From Vicugna vicugna (taxonomy: Eukaryota): 64,000 nucleotides of DNA. The notes under the pieces are model-generated. The model made no database searches, was not told where the DNA came from, and worked only from the letters and a program-made list of their open reading frames with translations. This document shows positions 12,305 to 29,822 of the stretch, piece by piece (position 1 is the first letter of the stretch; the number at the start of each line of letters is the position of its first letter). The stretch is taken from contig MU057880.1 in the NCBI GenBank assembly GCA_013265495.1, positions 1,270,527-1,334,526 of the forward strand. Reading direction: 5' to 3'. The translations under genes were made by a program, and so were the position numbers.

Positions 12305-12437
12305 TTCTTACCTCTCGGTTCTGTTTTTTCCCCTCATTTGCATTAACCCTTTCTTACCTTTCTATGAACTTCTAGACCTACGCTTCTCAGAAGGGGTGGG
12401 ACACCCACGTCACTCTGCCCGCAGCCAGGATGGAAAG
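12305..12437 (+). other. GASK1B: Predicted non-coding first exon (1a)
   Basis: Start estimated at about 28 nt after the TATA box. Ends at the consensus donor AAG|GTGAGT (12438-12443). Confidence 0.5.
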
Positions 12438-12734
12438 GTGAGTCCCTGAGAACTGGGGCACTGTAATCCTGGGCAACCGGGACGGACAGAGAGCTGGTGG
12501 CATTCAGACTGCTGCTGAGCAAACTCTCAATCCCTTTTAACTCCAGGAGACTCTCATCTCCAAGTCTGTTTCCAAACAGGACGCTAGAGGGCTCCCAGGG
12601 GTTAAAAATCAATGGGAAAAAAAGATCTGAATGAAAACTGCTTCTGTACGGCATTTGTTTTTTCCAGAATTTAAAATTAAAGTTTATTGCTTAAACTATT
12701 AAAAAAAAAAACCCTCAAACCTTACACGTCTGAA

Positions 12735-12946
12735 AAGTGAGTTGTCAGTCGCCAGTGAAGAAGTAGCTGTTTTGCTTTGCAGTCAGTAATTTTCAAGGAC
12801 GCTTTTGAAAGCTGAGCTATTCGAAATGTGGGACACTCTTGACCTTGAAGTATGTTCTACTTACATGCCTCAGCCTTTAAAAGTTCTTTGCATTAGAGTC
12901 AGGGATCGCATTCTTCCTGGAGCCAAGCACCGGGCCAGCCGTGTAA
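12735..12946 (+). other. GASK1B: Predicted alternative non-coding first exon (1b)
   Basis: Repeat-free segment ending in overlapping donors GTAAGT at 12943 and 12947. The start position is a guess. Confidence 0.35.
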
Positions 12947-13668
12947 GTAAGTCCTTATCAGCCCTTGTTCTTTCTAATAATGTGACAGAATAGAGCTGGA
13001 GAGGTTTTTGTTTTCTTTCAGCCGACTTTGGTGGAAAGAAAAGAAATAAAAAGCAGTTTGATGTGTGTTTTGCGTTTATGTGTGTGCGTCTGTGGATGAA
13101 TACATGGAACTGCTTCCAAGATACGTACGCATGTGTGGCTTTACATTATAATAACTCAATATATGATAAGGGACTCTATTATGAAAAAAAGGATGGTACC
13201 ATCCGATGAAGAGATTATGTTTCTGAATTTGCATGTGAATACTTGCTACTTCTTCCCAATTAGCTTTTTGGGACACAGGACTTTTTAAAATAAATGTGAG
13301 AGAGCTATAGGTTTCTTTTTTTTTTTTTAAAACTATTTGTTACTGGTCTTATATTATTTCTGACTTTCAAAAAAGAAAAATCTGGATTTGCTGAATTTTA
13401 ACACTTTGCCTTCAGGATCAAATTAAATGAGTCTAGTTACAAGTTATAAAATGCCCTTGGATGTTAGTGGTTTGTTTTCACTCATTGAAACTGAAGGACA
13501 AATCTATACATCCATCTTGTTTCTATTTTTTAAACCTCATTTAAAAATGATTTGGCGGTGATGGTGATGACAGGAAAGGGTTCCACTTTTTCCTTTCCTC
13601 TTGTGGAGGAACTGGACTAGCTTGAGACGGTGACTCAGTTAATGAAGTCCGTTTCCATTCATTCTTAG

Positions 13669-15080
<1,412 letters not shown>

Positions 15081-16067
15081 GAGACTTATTACATCTAATT
15101 AAAGCCGTGGCAATTTGCATGATGAGGAGAGGAAGGGGGTGAAGCAGAGAACTTGCTGACAGTCAGGCGTATAAGATTAGAGAGCTTGCTATGGAAAGTC
15201 AGTAGGATTTTGTTCATTGGAAGTTTTGAAAAGTGAGGGGGAAGTGGCTTATCTTTCCGTCTTCAACAGGGGAAATCTTTTTAAGAGGCTCCAAGCCAGA
15301 CCAGGCTAGCCAGATCCACCCCCTTGCTTTTTCATGATGGATTTAACCCCTTTATTTTGCAAAGAAAATGAGACAAAAAGAGGTGATTTGTTCTGTTTAT
15401 GTACTAACTAGCCATGTGGTTTCTCCAAGCCCGTGACTTTGATTTATGGAGCCTGAGGGCCAAGATGCTCTCAAGTGACAGTCATTTTGGCAGGTGTGCA
15501 GTCAGCCACTTCAGCTGCAGGCACAAGGGCTAGTCTGTGGCCACACTCATGCCAAATAAAGAATTTTCTCTGCATCCCGAAGCTATTCCAGGCTTTGAGT
15601 ACAAAGTCAGGTGGGTCCACGACTTGCGTTTGAAAGCAGAGTGATCCTGGAAGTTGTCACCCTGAATCCAGGCTGGTCCAAGAGGCTAAAAAGGACCTCA
15701 AAGAGATGACAAACTCCAAGTTTATTTCCTTACTCCCTGTCACCATACAATTTAGCATTTCAGCCCGGTTTCCGTGGGGTCTGGACTGGAACAGATAAAG
15801 CCTTGGGAGTGACCAAGAGGCACACTGCATTTTCAACGGCTCTAGGAGTATAATTTAGTCTCAGAATGAGTACTTAAGGAAGTACCCGTGATGGACTTAG
15901 AGAGACTTGTCCTTCCTTACTTACCCCGGTTTGTGGCTAAGTGCTGCAGGTTGACAGGTTGTGTTTTGATGTCTCATGTCCCAAGTCACAAAGCCGTCTA
16001 CCATGCTGCTGCTGACATGAGAAAGCCTCTCAAACAGTCCCTTAGATGTTGGTGAGGGCTCCCGATT

Positions 16068-16258
16068 TGCTAAGCACTGTGCTCACTGATTCATAGAACC
16101 TGCACATGCCTTGACTCCTGTGTGTCCCGCAACAGTGCTAGGAGGTAGGTTCTCTGGTTATTTCCACTTAGTAGATGAGAACATTGAGGCTTATTTAGGC
16201 AAAGTAACTGGCCTCAGTGGCCACCGCCGATGTTAATGGCTAAGCTGGGTTTCGAACC
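16068..16258 (-). mobile_element. MIR
   Basis: agatgagaacattgaggc..aagtaactggcc..agctgggtttcgaacc. Confidence 0.65.
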
Positions 16259-16549
16259 AACTTCAAAAGGTCAGTTCTTAGCCATTGGGCTTAGGTGACA
16301 ATACTCCTTCCTGTCCAGACAGAAGCACCCTGGACACAAGGACGATGTTGGCAGGCGTTGGGGCAACAGGCACACGCTGAGGCTGTCCTGGGCCAAGCAG
16401 GGCAGAGGGCCGCCCTGTAATGCTCTCTTGCTGTCTATTGTGATGTCATAAAGTCCCCAAAGAGGTGCTTGAATATATCTGGAGGCATGGCACGCCCATC
16501 TGTCCTTTAACTTCCCTGGGATGCTCCTGGGTGGAAGGTGGGAGAGTAA

Positions 16550-16768
16550 AGCAGTGGTGAAGACCCTGGGCTCTGGAGCTGAGCTGCCTGGATTTGAATA
16601 TACCAACCACGTGACCTGGAAATGTCACAGCATCTCTCTGTGCCTTGGTGTCTTCAGTTGTAAATGACAATGATGCCTACCTCGGGAGGTTGTTGTGAGT
16701 TAATACATAGAAAACACATGGACCAGGTGCTTGACATGCAGTAAACCTCTAATAAGTATTGGCTATTT
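16550..16768 (+). mobile_element. MIR
   Basis: ggctctggagctgagctgcctggatttgaat..tctctgtgcctt..tgtaaatg..cctacctcgggaggttgttgtgag. Confidence 0.75.
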
Positions 16769-16842
16769 TTGCTACTACACGAGGCATATGAGGTATTCGC
16801 TGAGGTCACTCACATAGCCTCCAATCCTCACGTGTCATTTCT

Positions 16843-17470
16843 TTTATTTTTTAATTGAAGTATAGTTGATTTCCAATGTTATGTTAGTTTCTGGTGTATA
16901 GCAAAGTTATTCAGTTATACACACACACACACACACACATATATTCTTTTCAGATTCTTTTCCATTATAGTTTATTACACAATATTGAATATAGTTCCCT
17001 GTGCTGTACAGGAGGGCCTGGTTGTTTATCTATTTTATATATAGTAGTTTGTTTCTGCTAATCCCAAACTCCTAATTTATCCCTTCCTACCGTCTTTTCT
17101 TTTTGGTAACCGTAAGTTTATTTTCTATGTCTGTGAGTCTGTTTTGGTTTTATAAATAAGTTCATTTGTATCATTTTTTAAAAGATTCTACATATAAGTG
17201 ATATCATATGATATTTGTCCTTCTCTGTCTGACTTACTTCACTTAGTATGATCATCTCTAGGTCCATCCATGTTGCTGCAAATGGCATTATTTCATTCTT
17301 TTTCATGACTGCGTAATATTCTGTTGTATAAATATACCACAGTTTCTTTATCCAGTCATCTGTTGTTGGGCGTTTAGGTTGCTTTGATGTCTTGGTTATT
17401 GTAAATACTGCTGCTCTGAACATTGGGGTGCAGGTATGTTTTCAAATTGGAGTTTTCTCCAGATACATAT
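16843..17470 (-). mobile_element. L1 3' UTR and ORF2 C-terminal end
   Basis: Minus-strand ORF 17178-17423 ([34 protein letters not shown]) is the L1 ORF2 C-terminus. Confidence 0.93.
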
Positions 17471-18214
17471 CATTTCTTTATGCGATAGAACTGGGTCAAA
17501 ACCCAGATCTCCTGCTTACCTGGTTAAACTTTTTGGTTTCAGGATATCTCTTAGATATTTAATTCTGTTCTCTGAACATCCAGCATCTTTGGAAATAAAG
17601 AAGGTGGTTGCATCCAGTTTGAAGGAGGCATTTATAATCCCAGTATAGGCCGGCTGTTCCTTGCTCCTTTCAGAAGTAAGTGGTGATAGGAACTGACAAG
17701 GTTGTATTGATGTGACTTTCAGTGTGGTGAATTAAATACCTAAGATTATATCTCAAGTAACACCAGACCTTTCTTTGTCCTTTCTTTGATACTTCCTCTT
17801 AGAAAGTGCTTAAGAGTCATAAAATCAGGTCAGTTTCCTCAGGAGCCTATGATGTGATTTAGACATAGTTATGAGCACTCAATATGATTCTGTGCATGTA
17901 GACATGGTACTGTTGTAAAGTCCATAAATAGATCAGTTCTGGTCATGGTAGGGAATACACAGTCCTAGGTCCTCAGCACCTACCTCTTGTCTTTTCCCAA
18001 CTTGTGTCTTTATTCCACTGATTTCCACAGATGTGTGTCTTCCCTAGAGGGTCTTCCTGGTCTTCTCTTGGTGGAAGCTCGGCTTCATTTGATTATCTTT
18101 CTATCTCCCTGTCTAAGTAAGAGGGTGATAGATCTTATCTAATTACCCGGCACCTGTTTCTGGTTCATTCAGCATCATTGCTTTGTAATCATAATCACTC
18201 GTTGATAATTATAA

Positions 18215-18345
18215 CCATCTGTCCCTCCCCACTGGGGTCTAGGTCTGTGAAGGTAGAGATGTTTCCTGCCTTGTCATTATGTTCCCAGATCCTAGTGGAG
18301 AGTCTAGAACATAGTAGGTGCTCAATAAATATTTTTGAATGAAGG
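18215..18345 (+). mobile_element. L2 3' end
   Basis: catagtaggtgctcaataaatatttttgaatgaa. Confidence 0.65.
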
Positions 18346-19199
18346 CAGGAACACATTTTTGGCCTGACTCTAAACAGTAAACCTATATTTGCTTCCAGCT
18401 TTCAAAACTCAGGACAGATATTCCCTTTTCAGTCCTAAATCCAAGCTGGGATTTCTCCTGGCAATTCTTATAAATGGTTTATTGTAACAGTAATGACAGA
18501 CGTCCTTGGCAGCCTCTGTATTATGTGAATAATAAGTTTTATAGGACTTATTCTTGTGAGGCCCATCAATATGGTGGGCTTCGCCTCACTGTGAAGTCAG
18601 TTGATAATGAGTTTTCTGTAGGAGGGATGTGGGGCCTTAGTGGAGGAATGTGTTTCCCTGATGACCTGGCTTGGTCTGGGAGCAGATTTTTTTAATATTT
18701 GGGGAGTGGATGGCCAGCGATTCCTGTAGGTGATCTGCCCTAAGTATTGTTTCTGTTCTCTGACTTTTGATTAATGTTTGTGAAAATAAATTCATGCTTT
18801 ATACCAAGAACTTGGCTGGTCTGCCTCATGAGTTGGATATAGATATTTGTCTTGTCTGGGTTAATCTTTCACAGCAATCTATGCTGTAAATATTTTTTCA
18901 CCTCAGTTTTGAGATGAAAGAAAGGTAAGAAGAAGGCAGCTCAAGGTCACGCAATGAGTTAATTGTTCAGAAAGAATTCAAGCCCTTGTCTTCTAACTTC
19001 CAAGTCTTTCTTCTTTGTCAATCTGTTTTCCTCAACAAATCCTTCCAGGGGCCTTCTTTCTCCATCACCATAACCTACTTGTATATCTGTCTCTCTGACA
19101 TAACTGGACCCTGATGACTTGCACACTGATGGGCAGGTACAGGCAGCAGGAACCTGTTATTTCTCAATGAGACAACAGCCATCACCACAGCAAGAGGAA

Positions 19200-19370
19200 T
19201 ACTGAATATGACCATATACCAGGCCCTGTTTTTCAGTCCTGTGCGTGTATTATCTCGTTAAATCCTGCCACACATTTTAGGAGGTGGGTACTCCATGAAA
19301 GACGTTTCCTGGACATGGAAATAGAGGCCCAACATCATTAAATACCTTTGCTCAGAGTCATACACATTAC
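19200..19370 (-). mobile_element. MIR
   Basis: tattatctcgttaaatcct..ggaaatagaggccc..ttgctcagagtcataca. Confidence 0.55.
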
Positions 19371-20001
19371 CTAGGTGTAAAAAGGAGACCTAAGATGCAA
19401 AAAGAGGTGTGGAAGAGAATCAAAGGTTATGACTGAAGGATCTGCCAGCCCCAGCCTCTCGTGATGCTTTCTGTTCTTTCAGTCCAAAGGCAAAGGGTCC
19501 CAATTATAAAGCTCATCTTGAGGTATTTATTTGTTTGTTTGTAAATCTGACATGAGTCATCCTACCAGCCCAGAGCCTCCAGCTCAGGTTATTCTGGGAC
19601 AGGTTCTTGATTGTGTAACTTGATGAATTCCAGATGATTCTCCTTGACTGCAAACATCTATGTGTGAAGTTGGCAGGTTTACTGGCCCCATACTGTACAC
19701 TAGACCATTTTCTGACAGGTGTAATTCCAAAGGTATCCCAGAAAATGAGAAGGGCAAGGTTGTAATTATGTTGACGGTGCCAAGAGTCTACCATACTACA
19801 AAGTCCAGCCATTAGCACTGGAACAGAGTCTTGTCCCATGTGTGTCTTTGGAGGAAAGGGGGAAATCCAGAAATGAATTGAAAAATAGCATCCAAGGCCT
19901 TTTTAAGAAATCCATTTTTGCAATAATGAAATCTTTTTCAGTTGTGAATCTATAAAGAGTCTAGTGTCTAGATCTCGCATCACATTTTAACACAATGAGT
20001 T

Positions 20002-20144
20002 GGAAGGATATAGCTCAAGTTGTAGAGCATGTGCTTAGCGTGCACAGGGTCCTGGGTTCAATCCCTGATAACTCCACTAAAAATAAATACATAAAATAAA
20101 TTATCTCCCCCCAAAAACAAACAAACAAAAAAACCAACAAAAAA
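20002..20144 (+). mobile_element. Full-length tRNA-derived SINE (Vic-1-like) with TSD
   Basis: A and B boxes, an A-rich tail, and TSD ttaacacaatga at 19987-19998 and 20145-20156. Confidence 0.92.
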
Positions 20145-21968
20145 TTAACACAATGATTTCTGATTTACCATTGTGCCAATATTTCTATTTAACTTCTTTT
20201 TCCAACTCAACAACATAATGTAATATTTTTACTCAGGGAAGTATTGTGATAATTACTCTGAACACTGCTCCAAGGGTGGTGGTGGTTGTTTAAATTCAAG
20301 CCAATGCTTACCAGATTTTCTTATTTTACCACAAACAATCGTATGTATGTAAATATGGCTGGACATAGTGCATTTCCTGCCAAACCGTCTTTGTGAAAAT
20401 CATCAGTCCTTGCAAAGGTCACCAAAGACTATGTGGTGCTGGTATCTTCAGATAAATTTTTGTTAAACAAAATCTTCTGAAATACTTATCTAAGACAAGA
20501 TGAACCATGTCAAAGTCAAGGGCACAGGAACCCTAGCACCTCTCCAAGGTCTTCCATTTAGCAGCGTGGCCAAGCCTACCAGCAAGCCGAGCAGCCCCGT
20601 GCATGAATCCCAAAGGCTACCATTGTGGTAGCACTTAAGTGTTATGCTATTTCTCATGCCCAGCATGGAAGACGCATTCTGCGTGCCTCATTTTTAGGAT
20701 GTTGCTTTCTTGCCACAGAGCTGTCATACTGAATTAAAGTAGCCTTGTTCTAGGAATTCTGTGTGTCAAGGCTGCTTGGATGACAAACTGCAGGCACCTC
20801 ACCAACTTCCATTTAAATTCATCAGAGATTGCACGTTGTCCACTGTTCTTCAACTTGTGCTGCCTCGTCTTACTCTAAAGCAGGAGAAATACGCTGTGTA
20901 TTTTCCACTCTCTTTTTGAGTCCATGTGAGCCGCGCTGGGAGTTGTCGGCTGATGGTGCGGTGGCCAGAGCAGGGGGATGGCAGGTGTGCAACTCATGTT
21001 GTCCCAGGCTCTCAGGTAAGATCGGAGGCATTTTGCAAGTAGTTGTGAGCATAACCCAGATGCCCACACAACTTGGAAACACCCTGACTCCAAAATCCTA
21101 GAAATCTGGGACATGTGTGCAAACTTTCTTAAAATATTGATGCGAGAGTATAGAAATCATGTCTTATTTTTGAAAATCGAGTTGAAAGCACACTGTGTTC
21201 TTTATCAGAAAGGCCCTAAGGATATTTCTTTAGTGATCAAATTGAGCTGGTCAGCTTAATACCTTCATTCATCAGTGAACAAAGTTTGCTGAGCGTGGGC
21301 TCCAAGCAGCGAGCGCTCGGCTGTACGGTCCTCTGGTTTGCTCACTGCACACCTTCCTCAGCAAAGTGGGGGCACTGGGTGACCTTCTCTGCTGTGTCTC
21401 TGGAACGTGTCCCTAATCTCACACGGGGCTGGGGCAGAGGGGACAGTGGGTAGTGGTTGCCACACGGCTCACAGCTGAAAGATGCTGGTTCTTTGCTCCA
21501 TGTAATCTGTCCCCTTTCACAGTATCACACTGATCTTTTCTTCTTTTAAGAAATATGTCACCGAGCACCTGCTGGGTGCCAGCCACTCCTCCAGTGACTG
21601 GGGTCCACATCAGTGGACAGAACCATCCAGAATCCTTGTCCCTGTGGAGCTGACACTATTGGGCCATGTGAGAGTTCAGTGGCCTGGAGGGGATGTTCAT
21701 TTGGGCTACTGATTCCGAGATTCACTCAGCACCAGCCTGAGCCCAAGGTCATGACCCTTCCAGCAGGACTGAATCTGTTGCTGTCTCTGGGTTAAGTTCA
21801 AGGACAGCAGAGGTGCCGACCTCCGTTAACGGGCAAACATTGAAGTTTGGGGCGAATTCGATTGTAACTGATAGCATTTGCTTCCTCTGTTTGAAACACT
21901 GTTCTAAACCTGGAGAGAAGCTGTATCTTTTCTAATTCAAATAGCTTCGCAGTTAAGAACGTGACTGG

Positions 21969-22364
21969 CGTGTCAGTTTGCGAGGGCTGCCGTCACAGAA
22001 CCCCAGGCTGGGAAGCTGGAACGGCAGATATTTCTTTCTCACACTTCTGGAGGCTGGAAGTCCAAGATCAAGATTTTGGCAGATTTGGTTTCTTCTGAGG
22101 CCTCTCTCCTTGGCCGCCTTCTCCCTGAGTCCTCATCCGACCTCTCCTCTGTGCACACACACCCCTCATGTCCCTTTGTGTTTCTAAATCTCCTCTTCTT
22201 ACAAGAAGGACCCCGGACAGATGGGCTGAGGGCCCCCTCTAACAGCCTCATTTTAACTTAATTGTCTCTTCAGAGGCCCTTTCTCCAAACACAGTCACAT
22301 TCAGAGGTGCCGGAGTTGGGGCATCAGCATACGCATTTTGGGGAACACAATTCGGCTCATCACA
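21969..22364 (-). mobile_element. MaLR solo LTR (MLT1-like)
   Basis: ctcacacttctggaggctggaagtccaagatcaag motif; TSD actgg/accgg. Confidence 0.8.
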
Positions 22365-22369
22365 ACCGG

Positions 22370-22560
22370 CAGTCTAGACTCCCTGAATTTGATTCCTGGT
22401 TCCACCCCTCGATCACTGTGTGACCTGGGAGAACTAACTTACCCTCTCTCTGCCTTATGCCTTCATTGGTGCAACAGGGATGATGATAATGAAAACGATG
22501 ACCCTGATGACAGCACTTAGCTCCAGAGCCGTGAGAACTAAATGAGCTGATACACATGAA
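22370..22560 (+). mobile_element. MIR
   Basis: ctgtgtgacctgggaga..cttaccctctctctgcct..gtgagaactaaatgagctgatacacat. Confidence 0.6.
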
Positions 22561-25500
22561 ATATCTATAATGGTGCCCATCCGACGTTTTTGGAGAGATT
22601 TCCTATTGGGAGAGTGAGGCTGGGAGAGCGATGCATGTCCTCCAGGGGCCCGCAGGTCGTGGGTTGCGGGGCTGGGATGTCGACAGCGTGGGTCAGAAGG
22701 GTTCCACAGCCCTGTTCTTCACGCTGTATGCACCATCTCCCATTTCCCACATCACCTGTCAGCCCCAGTGGTTGTGGGCTGCGGTTCCCAGGTAACCACG
22801 CATCCCCATGGGAACCCACTGCCCCTACTGCCTTTTGGTCTGACTCCTGAATGAAGCCATGATGCCTTAAGTGTTTCTGTATCATGACGGCGATTCAGGG
22901 TCCGGAGGAGAGGGGCAGCGGTCTTTCCACCTCTTGTTTTCATCACTCCAGTGTCTCAAAGAACGGTGGAGACAGAAGAGTGGATTGTTGAGCACAAGCA
23001 GGGTAGAAGGAGGGTGTGGAAACCCCTGCACACACCACCTCTACTTCTCGAGTGTCTCTCTGATCCTTCTCAGTCCTTCTCAATCTCAGTTTAGAGTGAA
23101 GACAGTGAAAGCACAGCTTACGAGGAGGTCACACCAACCAAACTTTTTTTAAAAAATTGTTTTCATTTTTATTGGGATACAGGGGATGGGTTGAGAAATA
23201 TTTATGCAAGTCATGCTTCCCCAGGAGACATCCATCATAATCTTGCTGGGACAGCTTTCAGAGCCTTTTATTTTCCTTGAAGCCACTGCTCAACCAACCA
23301 CACTATTATTCAGGACCCACTGACCATTCCTTAGAGCCTAAGGGCTTAGAGGTGAAAACTGGGGATTCTGAACCTTCATTCAGTCATTCATCAGAAGTTT
23401 TGAAAGCTTGCTCTGGTCCAGATGTTATGTCAGGAGTTGGAGACCCAATGGTGATTCTCAGACAGCTCCCAGCTTGGAGGGTAGGAGACAGCCAAGCAGA
23501 CAAGAAGTGCAGGATAAAAACCTCAGTGGAGATATTTTCAGGGAATCCTATAGGTACAGAGAGGGGGAACTTAGTCCAGAATGTGTGTGCATAGGTGGGT
23601 GGGTAGGGGGATTAAAAAAAGTTTGAGAAGAGGTAAAGTCAGAATTGGTTCTTAAGAGTCACTGCGGATGGAGTGAGGGACGCAGTGGGTACTGACGGGG
23701 AGGAGAGAATTGATGGGTGAGAAACCTGCGAAGGCAGAGTGTGCTGGGGAAACTGCCAACAGTTCTGAAACAAGGAGACTGGGCTTGGGGGGGCGGTGAG
23801 AAGGGAGTGGGTGGGTTTTACGGCACGTGAGGACAGGGGACTTCATCTCACCTGTAATGGGAAATCACTGAAGGCTTTGAAGAAGAGGGGAGACATGGTA
23901 AAGGTCACTCTGGCCAGGAACTCATGGCCTCTTCATCCACATTAATAAACACTGAGCAGCCCAGGGCCGGGGCACCCTGACGTGACCAAGACTTCATTGG
24001 CAAAATGCGACTGTCTGCAGAGCCTGGCAGTGACCGCATCATCCCTACCCTCTGAAGTCAAGGTCAAGGTCGGTTCCTGTTTTTCTACATGGAATATTGA
24101 GACAGGAAGAGTCTGGGAGTTTCCACTGACAGAGCAGAAGTCCAGGGCAGACCTGGAAAGCAGAAGTTCCCGCCCATTAGTCAAAGGTTCAGAACAAAGC
24201 GGGGCTTTGTTCGTAACGTGGAACTGACGGTCCAGGTCGTTTGAGTGGGTTGTGATGGAGGAAGTCGCAAGTGCTTCACACTTAGCCAGTTCTGGAGGAA
24301 ATGTGGAGATTATTTTAACTCAGTCCAACCTCGGGAAGGCAAGTTATGAAGTGAAAAACAGTTAGGAAGGTAACTAAATACATTTATTTTTTTGTTAGGA
24401 GAACAACATTCTAAATCATTCAGAAATCCGTTCCTAAGAAAAGTCCTTACATCCAGGACTTGGCTGGTTAGACTCTACACATATGAAATCTATGGAATTC
24501 TGCCTCTCTACTGCCTCCCCCTAAGAACTGAACAGAGGTTGGTTCTTCCTAATATTCAGCAGTGCTGTATCTTCACAGTTTCCATGGATGTCCCACAGCC
24601 CTGCCAGGCAGGTTTGGAAAATGGTCTTTGCATGCCTTGAGGAACTCGCTGCCTTGGTCAGGGTGGTTGGAGAACTGGCCTTGAGTCTGAGGAGGCCAAA
24701 GACATGGTTCAGAATAGAATAAATGCCTGTGATTTCTTCTTTGACCCCACGCCACACGCTCAGCTCCTCTTCAGAGAAGGTTCTTCCCCTATCATTGCCC
24801 CAGCCCACCACCTCACTATTCCGGGGCTCGGCAATCCTTTGCTTCTTGGCTTTATGCTGAGAGCTCAGTCTCTGTTTTAGTCCCTCCCTTGCTCCCTTCA
24901 AAACACCCTTCAACTGGCAAACCTTTAGCTCGATCGCCATCACACGCGGCCTTGTCTGTTTCTATGAGACTCCAAGCTGCGGCCCGGGTCTTGCGTGGGA
25001 CTGGGATCTCATAGGACCGCCGTGTCTGGTGTGCCTCACTCTGAATTCTTTCTGTCTGAAACCCAGCAACCAAGTGGGTCCAGGTATTGAGGGATGATGG
25101 TAAATACATGTTGCTGGAAGAGGTGGATTAACCCTGATGAAAACCCTGAGCAGAAGTAACATCTCATCTCATCCGTTGCATTTCCTCCCGCCTCAAGGCT
25201 GTCACAGCATCCTGCACCCTGTTTTGCCCTCCCTCACATTGACTAACTTGTTCCCCATCACCAACTCTAAGCCAAGAGATCTTACGTGTTTTTTTCGCTT
25301 TGGTCTAGTAGTTCTAATGGCCAAAACCCTACTGTGATAAGCACTGTCGAAAAACAGAGCAGATAGTACTTAGGGGATCATTCACAACCAGACACCTGCT
25401 ACACGGTCACTGGAGACACACCCACATCAGCATTTGATTTTAACAGATTAGAGATTCGCAACGGTAAGGTCCTCCTTCAGTGCATCGGACGGTTGGAACA

Positions 25501-26685
25501 TGACAGAATTTCCTTCCCATAGCAAAGATGAGCCTCAAGTTGTGACGGGTCTCTGTTTTCTCAAATGGGTTTTAGAGTTATTTTTAATGAAGGGCTCTGA
25601 GCTGAATTGTCACTTTCCTTTTTGTCTTGTTCACGAGAAGTCTTGGAACTTGGCCCATGTGATAGAATAGACTCTTGACTTCAGAGCTCAGGATGTTTTG
25701 AGTTATTTTTGCTCAGTGATAAATGCAGACAGACATTCACAGCTCCACCCAGCATGCTTAGCATTCACCTGTAGTTCCACAAAACCTGTCACCCCGTGTT
25801 CAAAGTGTGGGGCACTTAATAAATCCGTGCAGAGGCGGCTGTGTGTAGCACTCATTCTCAGTGAATTTTCACATTCATCTTCTCAAGAGAATGTCCTCTT
25901 TGTGCTTTTGAATAAAAAATGACTTGGGAGAACATCAAAATTCAGAGGAAATATTCTGATTTTGGAAAAAGATAAGTTTTACTGGCAAGTCTCATCTTTT
26001 CAAAGACAGCTGCATAAGCTTTAATACACGTGAACACCCACATATCTTTAAAACCCCACCTTCTCTCTCCACTCTGACAGTTAGAATTGTATTTCTTCAC
26101 CATCACGAGGTCTTTAGAGAGGACAGTCCTGCATCATTTTGACACACCTGGATGCAGAGAGATGAATGCTCCTCGTCTCTGAAACCCTTCAGGTGAATTG
26201 CTTTAACCAGTTTCCTGCTTTCCGAGGTTGTTTTTCTGCCATCCTTTCAGATGGATCAGAGTTCATTTACTTCTGTTAACAGCTATATTTTATAAAAAGT
26301 GGAATTCCCCTCACAGTAGTGGTCATAGCTCTGATGTTAGCACTAGAAGGGAGATTTGCAAGGATGCTTGAAGAAGGCCTGGCTCAGCCTGAGGAATGCC
26401 ACGCCCCTGCTTCCCCGAACCCCGCCTTCCTGCCGTGCTGGACGCCGGGCAGGGCAGGACAGGAGGCCTTTCTGGGACAGTCAGCATATTTTGCTGAGGG
26501 GAGAGGGATGTGAGGGAAAACAGATGATATTAGCTGAAAAACAATTACTCCTATCAGCTGAAAACTCCCTTTGGCAGTTGAAGAACAATTATTAAAATAA
26601 TTTAATGGAAAATGTATCATTCAAAATGTTTTCGGATTTAAAGGAGAGAAATGGTAAATGAAATACAATATACTCATCGGTAGCT

Positions 26686-27029
26686 CAGGGGTTGATTCTC
26701 TATGGTCTGTGGGTGAAGAATGCTCCTCACCTCCTGCAGCCCAGTTTTGTGTGGTCTGTGAGCTACCAATGGTTTCTACAGTTTTAGAAGATTGAAAAAA
26801 AAAAAATCAAAAGGTTAAGAATATTCCTGTAACACTTAAAAATTCTATAATATGTAAATTTCACTGTCTATAACGAAGTTTTATTGGAATGTAGTCACTG
26901 CCATTTGTCTATATATTGTTTGACTGCTTTTGTATCATGGTGGAGTTGAGTACTTGCTAGTTGAGATGGTATGGCCCTCAAACCGAAAATGCTCATTGTC
27001 TTCCCTTGACAAGGTTTGCTGATCACTAG
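26686..27029. mobile_element. MER58B-like hAT-Charlie element
   Basis: caggggttg...tttgctgatcact ends; internal aagttttattggaa..gccatttgtctatatattg. Confidence 0.7.
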
Positions 27030-27063
27030 GCTAGACTATTATATCACAGTTAAAGTCACACTA

Positions 27064-27302
27064 TTTTTTATTTATTATTATTTTTTATTGAAGTACGGTT
27101 GATTTTCAGTGCTTCAGGTCTACAGTAAAGAGATACACTTATAAATATATATATAAATATATATTGTTTTTCAGATTCTTTTCCATTATAGTTTATTACA
27201 AGATACTGAATACAGTTCCCTGTGCTGTACAGTAGACCCTTGTTGTTCATCTATTTTATATATGATAGTTTGGATCCCAAATTCCAAATTCATCCCTCCC
27301 AC
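27064..27302 (-). mobile_element. L1 3' end
   Basis: Shared L1 tail motif; degenerate TSD ttaaagtcacactattt / ttaaagtgatactgttt. Confidence 0.85.
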
Positions 27303-27674
27303 ATTAAAGTGATACTGTTTAAAAATATTTAATTGTGAGAGAAATGTTTATGATGTAACATTAAGTGAAACAATTATGAGAAATTATATGTATATATATA
27401 TATATAATGATTCCAAATAGTTTATTTTCATTGCATAATTTTTCTTTTCCCCTGGTGGAAATGTAAGTTCTATGAAACTAAAACAAAACAAAACAGAAAA
27501 ACAGCTGAAAATCTGGCATGTATGTATGTATGTATGTAAATTTCTTAAGACAGTTTACTTTTCCAGGTCGGAAAGAAAGGGATGGGAAAATGCCAGATGT
27601 AAATATATAAATAATAGAACCAATTACTAGGATAGGAGATTGTCGATATTGTTGTTTTCTTGGCTATGAATTTT

Positions 27675-29822
<2,148 letters not shown>

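Noticed and set aside
20002..20075. tRNA-like sequences here and at 2101, 2325, 42205 and 44915
   Set aside because: They have A-rich tails, TSDs in two cases, and shared non-tRNA sequence, so they are SINEs rather than tRNA genes.
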